DNA of 64,000 bases from Candidatus Uhrbacteria bacterium GW2011_GWC2_41_11. Lineage in GTDB: Bacteria > Patescibacteriota > Patescibacteriia > UBA9934 > GWF2-40-263. A program made the translations under genes and the position numbers. Below the pieces are notes generated by a model. The model saw only the letters and a list, made by a program, of their open reading frames with translations, had not been told where the DNA came from and did not search any database. Of this stretch, positions 1-11,450 are shown piece by piece. How positions within the stretch are numbered: the stretch's first letter is position 1; each line of letters opens with the position of its first letter. Location of the stretch: assembly GCA_000996355.1 (NCBI GenBank), contig LCAH01000004.1:14501-78500 (forward strand), given 5' to 3'.

Positions 1-15
1 GCCCACCACAAAAAA

Positions 16-39
16 CATCGACGAAAGTCGATGTTTTTT
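16..39. terminator. Rho-independent terminator hairpin (bidirectional)
   Basis: Perfect 7-bp stem CATCGAC/GTCGATG closed by a GAAA tetraloop. An A6 run lies upstream and a T6 run downstream, so it can terminate transcripts on either strand. Confidence 0.6.
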
Positions 40-121
40 GTGTCCTCCATAGTTTAAATGAACGACGGAGGGCTGTATTATTTTTTTTATTAAAAATATT
101 TTTGTGTCATACTAAAGACGT

Positions 122-373
122 ATGTCTCCTTTTTTTCGTGTTCCTCTTGGATTTCTCATTGTTGTGGTTGGTATTCACATGGTTTGGAAAACGGATTTTT
201 ATTATGATCTGACCGGTCCCATTGATTTTGCCGAAGATAAATTAGGATTTGGTGGAACACGTAGTTTTCTTAAACTTATTGGGATAGGTGTGTGTTTTAT
301 TGGGATGGCTGTGGTATCAAATTTGATTTCAGATATTCTTCAAGTCATTGCTCATATTTTTGTTCGGACGTAG
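122..373 (+). CDS. hypothetical small membrane protein
   Basis: 83-aa ORF with two hydrophobic segments. No recognisable motif. Confidence 0.3.
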   Translation: MSPFFRVPLGFLIVVVGIHMVWKTDFYYDLTGPIDFAEDKLGFGGTRSFLKLIGIGVCFIGMAVVSNLISDILQVIAHIFVRT

Positions 374-866
374 TTTTTTGTTTGAATTCGTTGAATACCG
401 ACCTTGTCTTTTTGCTTTCTATTTGATAGGATGGAGTCAATTTTTAACTTTTTCTATGTCTGTTTTACGTTCTTGGGTTAGTATACAGCCGGCTCCGCTT
501 ACATCAGGATTACTGTTTGGAATGATATTCTTTTTTGTCGTTCTTTTTTTCGGAGGCATCATGGTTCGGGTTCTTGGATCTCGTAAAAATGTGAATCATT
601 ACAACAAAGATATAAAATTTCGTCTCAGCCGTATTTGCATGACCATGGGATTTTTTGGACTTATATTTGTCTTTTTTTCTTACGAACAAGTTCGATTTCT
701 CGGCGCGCGTTTTTGGTATGTCCTCTGGCTTGTTGGAACGTTTGTTTGGGTTGGATTCTTTTCCCATTATCTTCTTCGTGTGATTCCTATGAAACGTGTT
801 GAAGAAGTTGATCGTCAAGAAAAACAAAAATATCTTCCTGGAAGAAAAAAACACAAGAAACATTGA
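348..866 (+). CDS. hypothetical polytopic membrane protein
   Basis: 172-aa ORF with several hydrophobic helices and a Lys-rich C-terminus. Its stop overlaps the yraN start (ATGA). Confidence 0.4.
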   Translation: MLIFLFGRSFLFEFVEYRPCLFAFYLIGWSQFLTFSMSVLRSWVSIQPAPLTSGLLFGMIFFFVVLFFGGIMVRVLGSRKNVNHYNKDIKFRLSRICMTMGFFGLIFVFFSYEQVRFLGARFWYVLWLVGTFVWVGFFSHYLLRVIPMKRVEEVDRQEKQKYLPGRKKHKKH

Positions 867-1252
867 TTCGAAACGAGTTTATGGAGGAAAGACGTCGATT
901 TGGTAATGAAGGGGAAGAAATGGCTGCTGTATATCTTGAACAATTGGGATATGACATTCTTGCTCGCCAATATCGGACAATGGTTGGGGAAATTGATCTT
1001 ATTGCGCGCGATGGTTCTGAAATCGTTTTTGTTGAAGTGAAAACAAGACACGGAACACGATTCGGGTTTCCAGAAGAATCTGTGACTCCCGCAAAATTGC
1101 GAAAGATACAGATGGGAGCTGAATTTTTTTTGGAACAAAAAGGTTGGTATCATTCTCCCATTCGTGTGGATATTCTCGCTATTCTTTTATTATCAGGTCA
1201 TTGTACAGACATTCAACATTTCAAAGGGATTGACGTTTCATCTCTGATTTGA
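863..1252 (+). CDS. yraN: YraN-family (UPF0102) endonuclease
   Basis: The motif GEIDLIA...VFVEVKTR matches YraN/UPF0102. The length of 129 aa is typical of the family. Confidence 0.75.
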   Translation: MIRNEFMEERRRFGNEGEEMAAVYLEQLGYDILARQYRTMVGEIDLIARDGSEIVFVEVKTRHGTRFGFPEESVTPAKLRKIQMGAEFFLEQKGWYHSPIRVDILAILLLSGHCTDIQHFKGIDVSSLI

Positions 1253-1355
1253 AATACTAAAGATATTACAGAACCTGTCGGAAACGACGGGTTTCGTTGT
1301 TTATCGGACTTCCTTATTTTGTATATTTTTTAACTTCACACTCTCACCTCTTTTT

Positions 1356-2603
1356 ATGCCTTCACCTATCGAACAGGCCATGCGACAAATTTGCGAGGAA
1401 AAAGGTCTTTCTATTGAATCTGTTCTTCAAACCATTGAAGCAGCCCTTGCTGCAGCATATCGTAAGGATTTTGGAGAAAAAAATCAGAACATCGAAGTGG
1501 AATTTAATCCGGTAAATGCGGAAATTCGTGTTTTTGATGTAAAGACAGTCGTGGAAGATGTAGACCTTGAAGAGTTAGAACGTCGTCAAGAAGCCAGACG
1601 AGCACGTGCAGAACAGGCAGCACAGGCGTTTACAGAAGCTCGCGAACGTGGAGAACAGATTTCTGCTATGGTTATGGAAGAGGATGAAGAAGAAGAACTG
1701 AAATTCAATCCAAAGACGGACATGATGATTTCAGAAGCTTCTAAAGTAAAAGCAGATGTTGGGCTTGGGGAAATTATTCGAACAGAACTTCCACAACCTG
1801 GGGCATTTGGACGCATGGCAGCTATGACGGCAAAACAAGTGATTACGCAAAAATTGCGCGAAGCAGAACGTGAAATTGTCTTTAGTGAGTTTAAAGAAAA
1901 AGAAGGTGAAGTATTAAACGGAGTTGTTCAACGTCGCGAAGGCCGAATGGTTCTTGTTGATCTTGGACGCATTACTGGTATTTTGCGTCCAGAGGATCAA
2001 ATAGCAAACGAACATTATGTTCCTGGTGAAAAGGTAAAAGTGTTCGTCCGTCAGGTGAGTCTTTCCACTCGTGGACCGGAAATTATCTTGTCTCGTACGG
2101 CTGAGGAACTGGTAAAAAGAATTTTTGAACTGGAAATTCCTGAAATTTCGGATGGGTCTGTTCAGATCAAAGCGATTGCCAGAGAAGCAGGTTCTCGTTC
2201 CAAAGTAGCGGTATCCACAACAGATGAAAATTTGGATCCGATTGGTGCATGTATTGGCCAGCGTGGAACACGTATTCAAACCATTATTGGAGCATTGGGC
2301 GGAGAAAAAATTGATATTATTGAATGGAGTGAAGATCCAGAAAAATTCATTGCTCACGCATTAGCGCCTGCAAAAGCGCAACATGTGGAACTTCGTCCAG
2401 ACCAGCGGCTGGCTGTTGTACAGGTGGATTCGGATCAGCTTTCATTGGCGATTGGAAAAGGCGGACAAAATGTTCGACTTGCTGTCCGGCTCACTGGATG
2501 GAAAATCAATGTAAATGGACAAGAGGTTTCTGAAGAAATCGAAACAGATTCTCTTCTTGAGGAAGTTCCTCAAGAAGAGAAAAAAGAGGAAGAAGCCACC
2601 TAA
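1356..2603 (+). CDS. nusA: transcription termination/antitermination factor NusA
   Basis: N-terminal NusA domain, an S1 domain (GEVLNGVVQRREGRMVLVDLG) and tandem KH domains (GQRGTRIQ, IGKGGQNVRL). Acidic tail. Confidence 0.9.
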   Translation: MPSPIEQAMRQICEEKGLSIESVLQTIEAALAAAYRKDFGEKNQNIEVEFNPVNAEIRVFDVKTVVEDVDLEELERRQEARRARAEQAAQAFTEARERGEQISAMVMEEDEEEELKFNPKTDMMISEASKVKADVGLGEIIRTELPQPGAFGRMAAMTAKQVITQKLREAEREIVFSEFKEKEGEVLNGVVQRREGRMVLVDLGRITGILRPEDQIANEHYVPGEKVKVFVRQVSLSTRGPEIILSRTAEELVKRIFELEIPEISDGSVQIKAIAREAGSRSKVAVSTTDENLDPIGACIGQRGTRIQTIIGALGGEKIDIIEWSEDPEKFIAHALAPAKAQHVELRPDQRLAVVQVDSDQLSLAIGKGGQNVRLAVRLTGWKINVNGQEVSEEIETDSLLEEVPQEEKKEEEAT

Positions 2604-2624
2604 CCATTAGCCTCCGGAATTTTT

Positions 2625-3368
2625 ATGTTTTACGCTGTTTTGTATCAGCCGTTATTCAACCTCCTTATTTGGCTGTACAACATTATTCCGGGAATGGATC
2701 TTGGATTTGCTATTATTGCCATTTCTCTTGTTACAAAATTGGTTTTGTGGCCATTTTCGCATGTCGCTCTTAAATCTCAAAAATCCTTGCAGGAAATCCA
2801 GCCGAAACTTGAGGCTCTGAAGGAACAATTTAAAGATGATAAGGAAGGACTCACAAAAGCCATGATGCAGTTGTATCAAACGGAAAAAGTAAATCCGTTA
2901 TCTTCCTGCCTTCCTTTGCTTATTCAATTGCCTATTCTCTTTGCTCTTTACGCGGTTTTACGCGACGGGTTACGTGTAGACAGTTTGGTTCATTTGTATC
3001 CATTTATTCATAATCCAGGTTCCATCAATCCATTCTTTTTAAACTGGATTGATTTAGGTCAACCACATCTTGTGATGGCAATTGTGGCAGGAATATTGCA
3101 ATTCGTTCAAACAAAAATGCTCATGACTCAACGTCCGCCACGAGCGATTCGTAAAAAGGAGGGAGCCAAAGATGAAGATATGCTCACAGCGATGAACCAG
3201 TCCATGACATATATGATGCCAATTATGACGGTGGTGATAGGAGCATCATTGCCAGGTGGGTTGACGTTATATTGGATTGTCATGAATATTTTTTCCATTG
3301 TTCAGCAATTTTTCGTTTTGAAATCGCACAAAAAATCTGAGATATCTTCTCCTGTGATTTCACAGTAA
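2625..3368 (+). CDS. yidC: membrane protein insertase YidC (short form)
   Basis: Conserved YidC/Oxa1 core (LVTKLVLWPF, QPKLEALKEQFKDDKE, LQLPILFALY). At 247 aa it matches the short Gram-positive/CPR type. Confidence 0.85.
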   Translation: MFYAVLYQPLFNLLIWLYNIIPGMDLGFAIIAISLVTKLVLWPFSHVALKSQKSLQEIQPKLEALKEQFKDDKEGLTKAMMQLYQTEKVNPLSSCLPLLIQLPILFALYAVLRDGLRVDSLVHLYPFIHNPGSINPFFLNWIDLGQPHLVMAIVAGILQFVQTKMLMTQRPPRAIRKKEGAKDEDMLTAMNQSMTYMMPIMTVVIGASLPGGLTLYWIVMNIFSIVQQFFVLKSHKKSEISSPVISQ

Positions 3369-3374
3369 AAAAGT

Positions 3375-4337
3375 ATGGATACTTTGGCAGCAACCTCTCC
3401 CACATCTGAGGAAGCGGCTTTCTATCGTACGATTGCGTGGTTTTGGTTTTTAGATTACCCGCTTACTTTTTTTGAGGTTTGGAAATGGGTGATGAAACCG
3501 CCACATTCATTTTTTCCTGAAGAGGTTCAAAATTTTTTAGAGCAACATTCATGGTTAAGAGATCGACTTGTTGTTGAGGGAGGATTTATAACCCTTCGAC
3601 GTCCTGGTTATTCCCTTGCGGAGCTTGTTATACTTCGTCAACATCGTTTTGTTGATGCAACGAGAAAATTCCGAAAGCTCAATCATTTTTTGTCTTTTTT
3701 TCGTTTGCTTCCTTGGATTCGGATGGTGGCTGCATGCAATTCTTTAGCTTGGTATCAAACGGAACAAACAAGTGATATTGATCTTTTTATTATTGTTCGT
3801 ACAGGAACGCTTTGGCTCACGCGTCTTTTTCTTGTGACTCCATTTGCTCTTCTTGGTCTTCGGCCGAAGCTCTCCACAACAGAAGATAAAATGATTCAAC
3901 AGGATCCATTTTGTTTTAGTTTTTTTCTTGACGAAAAATATCTGTCTCTCGAAAAAATTCAACTTCCTGGGGAAGATCCCTATCTTGCTTCATGGGTATT
4001 ATCCCTTGTTCCTGTGTATGATCCAGATGGACTGTATGATGTATTTTTGAATCAAAATAGTTGGAGTCATGAATTTTTTCCGCATGCAACTGCATCTATT
4101 CACGAAGGTAAGAAAATACAGCGCTCTTTTTTTTCTTTTTTGTTTCGGGTTTCTTTTTTTGAACCTTGGGCAAAGAAGATACAAATGAAACGTTTACCTG
4201 CAGTCATTCGTGAACAAATGAATAAAGATTCTTGTGTGGTTGTTTCAGATCAGATGTTAAAATTTCATAGTAATGATCGACGGGCATTTTATCGGGATCA
4301 ATGGAAAAAACTTTTAAAAGAGGAAGGAATTTCATGA
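3375..4337 (+). CDS. hypothetical protein (possible nucleotidyltransferase-like fold)
   Basis: 320-aa ORF. An SDIDLFIIV-type motif is reminiscent of minimal nucleotidyltransferases. It is translationally coupled to the downstream O-antigen-ligase-like gene. Confidence 0.45.
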   Translation: MDTLAATSPTSEEAAFYRTIAWFWFLDYPLTFFEVWKWVMKPPHSFFPEEVQNFLEQHSWLRDRLVVEGGFITLRRPGYSLAELVILRQHRFVDATRKFRKLNHFLSFFRLLPWIRMVAACNSLAWYQTEQTSDIDLFIIVRTGTLWLTRLFLVTPFALLGLRPKLSTTEDKMIQQDPFCFSFFLDEKYLSLEKIQLPGEDPYLASWVLSLVPVYDPDGLYDVFLNQNSWSHEFFPHATASIHEGKKIQRSFFSFLFRVSFFEPWAKKIQMKRLPAVIREQMNKDSCVVVSDQMLKFHSNDRRAFYRDQWKKLLKEEGIS

Positions 4338-5644
4338 TGACTCTTTCTCGTCAAAATTTGGCGAATGGTTTTACGTATCTCGCCCTTTTTTTGCTGCCAT
4401 GGCAAACGCGGTGGATTTTTGCGCGTCTCAATTTGGGTGGTGAACCATGGGAGTATGGAGTGCTCAGTTTATACGCGGTGGAGATACTTATTTTCTGTGC
4501 CGTTCTTTTACGTGGAAGATTTCACTGGCCATTGAAAATGCATTCACTTATTTTTCCAGGAGGTATTTTTTTTGGCCTTTCGTTTATTTTCTCTTTTTTT
4601 TCTCTTGTTCCTATTCTTTCTTTTGTCACGCTTTTTCATACATTTTTTGCCTTTCTTCTGTTTCTTCTTTTGTTGGATGAACGTCTCTCTTTTTTTACAA
4701 GTCTTACATATTTTTTTTGTGGGTTACTTGTTCCTGTCTGTCTCGGATGGTTTCAAGTTTTGACTGGGACAAGTCCTGCCTCTACTTTTTTTGGACTTGC
4801 CGAACATATGGCCACAACACTCGGTGTTTCTGTTATTGAAACGAGTGCTGGACGGTTGATGCGTGCATACGGTTCTTTTTCTCATCCAAATATTTTTGGT
4901 GGTTTTTTAGCTGTGGCGGTTTTTTTTGCTAGTATCTTTCCTATTGTTTTTCAGAAGAAAAAAACGATTTGGTTTGTTCTTGCTGCTTTTCTGTCAAGCA
5001 CAACACTGATCGTAACGTTTTCTCGATCTGCTTGGGTGGCGATTGTAGTCAGTTTGATTTTATTTTTTCTTTTTGTGTGGTTTGAAAGAAAAGAATCGAA
5101 AAGATTTCATCGATCTTTTGGTGTGATGAGTTTTGTGTTGATTGGAGGATGCATTGCTCTTTTTGGGTTTCGTGATGCGGTTATGACACGTTTTAATTCC
5201 ACTGTCCGCCTGGAAGTGAAGTCTGTTTCAGATCGAGTCTTTGAATACGGAGATTTTCAAACCCTTTATTCGTCGTTGCATCCAATGCAATGGTTTTATG
5301 GAATAGGTTCTGGAACATATACGGTTGCTCTTGAACAACTGAATCCCGGATATTCCGTTTGGAACTACCAACCTATTCATAACACCGTTTTTCTTTTTTT
5401 GATTGAAAATGGATGGATCCTTTTTCTCATTGCAACCGTTTGGCTCGGAATGTATCTCAACTATTTTTTTAAATATCGTGTGCAAGGAGGAATTATTGGA
5501 ATCATTTTTTGCGTTTTATATGGAACAATTGCCTTATTTGATCATTATCTTTGGAGTTCCTGGAGCGGGATGGTGTTGATTGCCGTATCTGTGGGTTTTA
5601 GTTTGCGTTTTGTGCAAGAAAAAGAAAAAGAGAATAGCGGTTGA
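4334..5644 (+). CDS. O-antigen ligase (Wzy_C) family polytopic membrane protein
   Basis: About 10 TM helices with the central FSRSAW motif of O-antigen ligase/WaaL-like proteins. SD AGGAAGG lies 7 nt before ATG 4334. Confidence 0.7.
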   Translation: MMTLSRQNLANGFTYLALFLLPWQTRWIFARLNLGGEPWEYGVLSLYAVEILIFCAVLLRGRFHWPLKMHSLIFPGGIFFGLSFIFSFFSLVPILSFVTLFHTFFAFLLFLLLLDERLSFFTSLTYFFCGLLVPVCLGWFQVLTGTSPASTFFGLAEHMATTLGVSVIETSAGRLMRAYGSFSHPNIFGGFLAVAVFFASIFPIVFQKKKTIWFVLAAFLSSTTLIVTFSRSAWVAIVVSLILFFLFVWFERKESKRFHRSFGVMSFVLIGGCIALFGFRDAVMTRFNSTVRLEVKSVSDRVFEYGDFQTLYSSLHPMQWFYGIGSGTYTVALEQLNPGYSVWNYQPIHNTVFLFLIENGWILFLIATVWLGMYLNYFFKYRVQGGIIGIIFCVLYGTIALFDHYLWSSWSGMVLIAVSVGFSLRFVQEKEKENSG

Positions 5645-5703
5645 CAAGGGGAAATTTGATGTCTAAGATACGAACGTTAGCACTCAAGGAGGATGACTGC
5701 TAG
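5641..5703 (+). promoter_or_regulatory. sigma-A-type promoter plus CIRCE-like HrcA operator for groESL
   Basis: -35 TTGACA (5641-5646), N17, -10 TAAGAT (5664-5669). It is followed at 5677-5703 by the inverted repeat TTAGCACTC-N9-GACTGCTAG. The CIRCE consensus is TTAGCACTC-N9-GAGTGCTAA, so the right arm has 2 mismatches. Confidence 0.55.
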
Positions 5704-5750
5704 CGTCTTTTTTCTTAAAAATTGTTTATTTATTATTTTTTTCATGTCCT

Positions 5751-6041
5751 ATGAAAATCCAGCCTATCGGAGAACATGTTATCGTCAAAACCTTGCCGTT
5801 TCAGGATGTGACAAAGTCCGGCATTGTCCTTCCTGATACCGTTGACAAGGATCGTCCTGAACAAGGAGAAGTTGTTGCTGTTGGTCCAGGAAAAGTTTTG
5901 GAAAATGGCCAGCGCGGACCCATGGATGTTGCCATCGGTCAAAAAGTTGTTTTTAAAAAATATGCTCCAGATGAAATCAAGATAGAAGGAGAGAAATATC
6001 TTGTGATTCGCATGGATGACATTATGGCTGTGATTGAATAA
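5751..6041 (+). CDS. groES: co-chaperonin GroES
   Basis: 96 aa with the mobile-loop sequence KSGIVLPDT and a canonical GroES fold. Confidence 0.95.
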   Translation: MKIQPIGEHVIVKTLPFQDVTKSGIVLPDTVDKDRPEQGEVVAVGPGKVLENGQRGPMDVAIGQKVVFKKYAPDEIKIEGEKYLVIRMDDIMAVIE

Positions 6042-7694
<1,653 letters not shown>

Positions 7695-7753
7695 AAGATT
7701 TTTTTTCAAAAGAGGGTGGATTTCCACCCTCTTTTGATATACTGTACCTATCT

Positions 7754-8888
7754 ATGAAAGAACTTATTTCCGAAATAAAAGTCCTCCGGGAGCGGATCCG
7801 CGCCACCTGGGGGTTACTTTGACCTTGATACGGTTGCGATTCAGGCAAAAGTATTGGAAACAGAAATGGGAGCTCTTGATTTTTGGCAGAATGCAGACCA
7901 TGCAAAACGTATTTCAAAACAAGCAGCTGATTTGCGTTCTGAATTGAATATCTGGCAAACCCTTATTCGAGAGGTTGAGGATTTACTTGCTCTTGCTGAA
8001 CTTGCTGAATCTGAAGGAGACGAGCAACTCCATGACGATATTGCACATAAGATTGAGACACACAAAACGTATTTTGCTCAACTGGAATTTGCGACGCTTT
8101 TTTCCGGAGGACATGACAAAACAAACGCGATTGTCTCCATTCATGCCGGAGCCGGAGGAACAGAAGCCCAGGATTGGGCTGAAATGCTTTTGCGTATGCT
8201 TCTGCGTTTTGCAGAACGAAAAAATTGGGAAACGAATGTGCTTTGGGAATCACGCGGAGAAGAAGCAGGAATCAAAAGTGTCACCTTTCGCGTGGCTGGT
8301 CGTTATGCGTTTGGATATTTAAAATCCGAAGCTGGAGTACATCGGCTTGTGCGACAGTCTCCGTTTAATGCAGATCAGTTACGTCAGACCTCTTTTGCTT
8401 TGATTGAAGTGATCCCTGAACTGGAAGAAGCGGAAGATATTGCTGTTGATCCAAAAGATTTGCGTATTGATACGTTTATGGCTGGAGGTCATGGAGGACA
8501 GAGCGTAAATACAACGTATTCTGCTGTACGTATTGTCCATATTCCAACTGGTATAACTGTTTCTTGTCAAAATGAACGCAGTCAGTTACAAAATAAAGAA
8601 ACCGCTTTAAAAGTATTGAAATCGCGTTTGTTTCAAATGGCGGAAGCAAAACGGGAAGCGGAAAAAAAGAATTTACGTGGGGAATTCAAGAGTGCGGAAT
8701 GGGGAAATCAGATTCGCAGTTATGTGCTTCATCCGTATCAGATGGTAAAAGATCATCGAACCGAATATGAAACAAGTGATACACAAGGAGTGTTGGATGG
8801 AAAATTAGAACCGTTTATGGAAGCATTTCTTCGCCAGCAGTTAGGTGATTCCGATCGTTTTGCAAATGCAAATAAGGAATCAGATTAA
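7754..8888 (+). CDS. prfB: peptide chain release factor 2, made by a programmed +1 frameshift
   Basis: ORF0 runs 7754-7822 (MKELISEIKVLRERIRATWGLL, then TGA). After a +1 shift at CTT TGA C it joins the 7854.. frame (LDLDTVAIQAKVLETEMGALDFWQN...). The downstream protein has the RF2-specific SPF motif and GGQ. Confidence 0.9.
7809..7823 (+). promoter_or_regulatory. RF2 autoregulatory frameshift site (internal SD + CUU UGA C)
   Basis: The sequence TGGGGG TTA CTT TGA C mirrors the E. coli prfB site AGGGGG TAT CTT TGA C. An SD-like GGGGG sits 3 nt upstream of the slippery CUU codon, which is followed by UGA. Confidence 0.85.
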
Positions 8889-8896
8889 ACGTCTTT

Positions 8897-9835
8897 ATGC
8901 CCAAAGCTTTTCGTCGTGCCTTGGTAACGGGTGGAGCTGGATTTATTGGCTCTCATCTTGTGGACAAACTCATTCGATGTCGCATGCAGGTATGTGTGGT
9001 TGATGATTTATCTTCTGGGGAACGTTCATTTGTAAATCCAAAAGCAGAATTTTTTCAGATGTCCATCAATGATCCAGAATTCTTTTTTTTGGTTCAACGC
9101 ATAAAACCGGATGTTATTTTTCATTTGGCAGCGCAAATCAATGTTCGATATTCGGTAAAAAATCCGCGACATGATGCCGAGGTGAATATTTTGGGAACCC
9201 TTGCTGTCCTTCAGGCAGCAAAAGAAAGCAATGTAAAAAAGATTGTGTTTTCTTCTTCAGGAGGAGCCATGTTTGGAAAAGGAAAGCCTCCTTATACGGA
9301 AATGGTTTCCCCAAATCCATTTTCTCCATATGGAATATCGAAACGCGCTGCGGAATTGTATTTTTTGCAAACACAAGCCTTGTACAATCTTCCATGTGTG
9401 ATTTTGCGTTATGCGAATGTATATGGACCGCGACAAGGAGCAAAAGGGGAGGCTGGGGTCATCTCGGTGTTTGCTCGTCGGATGCTTGCGGGTGGATCTG
9501 TCACCATGAATGGTTCCGGAAAACAAACAAGAGATTTTGTGTATGTCGATGATGTGGTTGCGGCAAATATTTTGGCAATGAAGTTTCCTCAGAGTGATCT
9601 TTTCCATATTGGAACAGGAAAAGAAACAAGCATTCTCACCCTCTATCGTGCCATGGAAAAATGTATGAATATTTCGCTTGCGTTGAATCATATCCCTCCT
9701 GTTTCAGGTGAAGTCATGCATTCTTCTTTGGATGCTCATCGAGCAAGGCGTGTTTTAAAATGGCAACCAACGGTGAAACTGGAAGAAGGACTTCAACGAA
9801 CAATTGCGTGGTTTAAAATGCAAGAAAAGAAATAG
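8897..9835 (+). CDS. NAD-dependent sugar epimerase/dehydratase (GalE-like)
   Basis: Rossmann motif TGGAGFIGSHL plus a YxxxK catalytic region. 312 aa. Confidence 0.85.
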   Translation: MPKAFRRALVTGGAGFIGSHLVDKLIRCRMQVCVVDDLSSGERSFVNPKAEFFQMSINDPEFFFLVQRIKPDVIFHLAAQINVRYSVKNPRHDAEVNILGTLAVLQAAKESNVKKIVFSSSGGAMFGKGKPPYTEMVSPNPFSPYGISKRAAELYFLQTQALYNLPCVILRYANVYGPRQGAKGEAGVISVFARRMLAGGSVTMNGSGKQTRDFVYVDDVVAANILAMKFPQSDLFHIGTGKETSILTLYRAMEKCMNISLALNHIPPVSGEVMHSSLDAHRARRVLKWQPTVKLEEGLQRTIAWFKMQEKK

Positions 9836-9840
9836 ATTGT

Positions 9841-10644
9841 ATGAACATTCGGGCAAAAAAATCATTTGGTCAGCATTTTTTGACTGATCAACACGTTGTC
9901 CGAAAAATTGTGGAAGCTGCTGAGATTGTTCCTAGACAATGGATTTTGGAAATTGGTCCTGGAACAGGTGTTTTAACACGAGCCCTTGTGGATGCTGGGG
10001 CAAACGTTGCGGCAGTGGAAGCAGATCATGATTTGATCCACCCGCTCCGTGAACAATTTGAAAATAAAATTATCCTTTTTGAAGGAGATATTCTTGGGAG
10101 TGCCGGTAAAGCAGCAGAAAAATTTTTGCAGGATCAAAAAATGCCATTTCAGGTTGTGGCAAATATTCCTTACAACATCACTTCTCCTATTCTTGAACAT
10201 TTTTTTCGCGAAACTCCATATCCGTTTCGTTTAGTTCTTATGGTGCAAAAGGAGGTTGCGGATCGCATGCTTGCCACACCTCCAGACATGAGTCTCTTGT
10301 CTGTGGTGATACAACTTTACGCAACAGGAAAAAAAGTCGTAAAAGTTTCGAGTGGAGCGTTTCGTCCTTCGCCGAAAGTGGATTCAATGGTGGTTCGTTT
10401 AGATAGGCGATCTACTTGGATCAAAGGAATAAATCCGGAAAACGTTATTGCGGTTGCGAAAGCGGGTTTTCACGCTCGCCGCAAACAATTGCATCGAAAT
10501 ATTGCAGAAGCAGGGTTCTGTTCCTCTGAAGAAATGAAACAAATTCTTTTTAGACTAGGAAAAGATTCACGCAGCCGAGCAGAAAATTTAACCGTTGAAG
10601 ATTGGGCAGAACTCACTTCTCTTCTTGTGAATAGAAAAAAGTAG
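9841..10644 (+). CDS. rsmA: 16S rRNA (adenine1518/1519-N6)-dimethyltransferase RsmA/KsgA
   Basis: FGQHFL start, SAM-binding motif EIGPGTGVLT, and the conserved NIPY motif. Confidence 0.9.
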   Translation: MNIRAKKSFGQHFLTDQHVVRKIVEAAEIVPRQWILEIGPGTGVLTRALVDAGANVAAVEADHDLIHPLREQFENKIILFEGDILGSAGKAAEKFLQDQKMPFQVVANIPYNITSPILEHFFRETPYPFRLVLMVQKEVADRMLATPPDMSLLSVVIQLYATGKKVVKVSSGAFRPSPKVDSMVVRLDRRSTWIKGINPENVIAVAKAGFHARRKQLHRNIAEAGFCSSEEMKQILFRLGKDSRSRAENLTVEDWAELTSLLVNRKK

Positions 10645-10661
10645 AAACCCAAACAAAGAAG

Positions 10662-11444
10662 GTGGTATACTATTTTCAAACTATGGATGATGTTGAACAG
10701 GAAGAACTGTCCAAGGCGCGGCAGAATCGTCGCACATTAACCTCTGAACAGCGGGTTGTCTTTGTGTTATTGATTTTTATTGGAATTCTTGGAACTATTT
10801 TTGGATTTCGTGCCATTCCTGCACATTTACGCCGACCGTTTGATGAACAATTGGCAAGCTATAAAGGTCCGGAGTTTTTAACAGAATCTGAACAAGAATC
10901 TCGGGAAGCCGAACGTCAAAAAACGTCGGATACAGATAAAGACGGTCTCAAGGATTATGATGAATTGTATGTTTTTAAGACGAGCCCTTATCTCACAGAT
11001 TCAGATTCGGATGGTTTTGATGATAAGACAGAGGTATATTCCGGAAATGATCCAAATTGTCCAACAGGAAAAAATTGTGGAACGACATTAGTGGAATCAT
11101 CAGAAGGAACAGGTTCAACATCTGCAGATGTTCCGGCTCTTCTAGCAAATATTTTAAGTGTAGATCCAACACGTTTTGAAAATACTTCGTTTCAATCTTT
11201 AGAAGACGTGCAAGGATTTTTTTCAAGCTTGAGTGCAGCAGAAGTTCGATCTTTACTTATTTCTCAAGGAATTCCAGCTCAAACAGTTGAACAATTAAGC
11301 GATGAACAATTACAAGAACTTTTACAAGCCTCGGTAGATGAAGCAAGTACTTCAGGTCAATTCGATTCGCTTATTCAATCATCTGGAGAAGGGGAGGTAG
11401 CTCCTTCTTCCGAATCTTCAAATCAAAACATTTCCACTGAATAA
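10662..11444 (+). CDS. membrane-anchored acidic protein with calcium-binding (TSP3-like) Asp repeats
   Basis: Single N-terminal TM helix, then DTDKDGLKDYDE and DSDSDGFDD repeats and a Ser/Glu-rich tail. It lies immediately upstream of the giant gene. Confidence 0.55.
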   Translation: MVYYFQTMDDVEQEELSKARQNRRTLTSEQRVVFVLLIFIGILGTIFGFRAIPAHLRRPFDEQLASYKGPEFLTESEQESREAERQKTSDTDKDGLKDYDELYVFKTSPYLTDSDSDGFDDKTEVYSGNDPNCPTGKNCGTTLVESSEGTGSTSADVPALLANILSVDPTRFENTSFQSLEDVQGFFSSLSAAEVRSLLISQGIPAQTVEQLSDEQLQELLQASVDEASTSGQFDSLIQSSGEGEVAPSSESSNQNISTE

Positions 11445-11450
11445 CTTGTT

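Noticed and set aside
4447-4763. Two + strand ORFs (77 and 63 aa) inside the O-antigen-ligase-like gene.
   Set aside because: They are alternative frames of a T-rich membrane-protein gene with Phe/Leu-rich noise.
7820-7822. Alternative genetic code with UGA read as Gly (code 25) or Trp (code 4).
   Set aside because: An RF2 gene with a UGA-dependent autoregulatory frameshift is present and many well-defined genes terminate at TGA (for example yraN and prfB ORF0). Extending through TGA does not lengthen conserved proteins.
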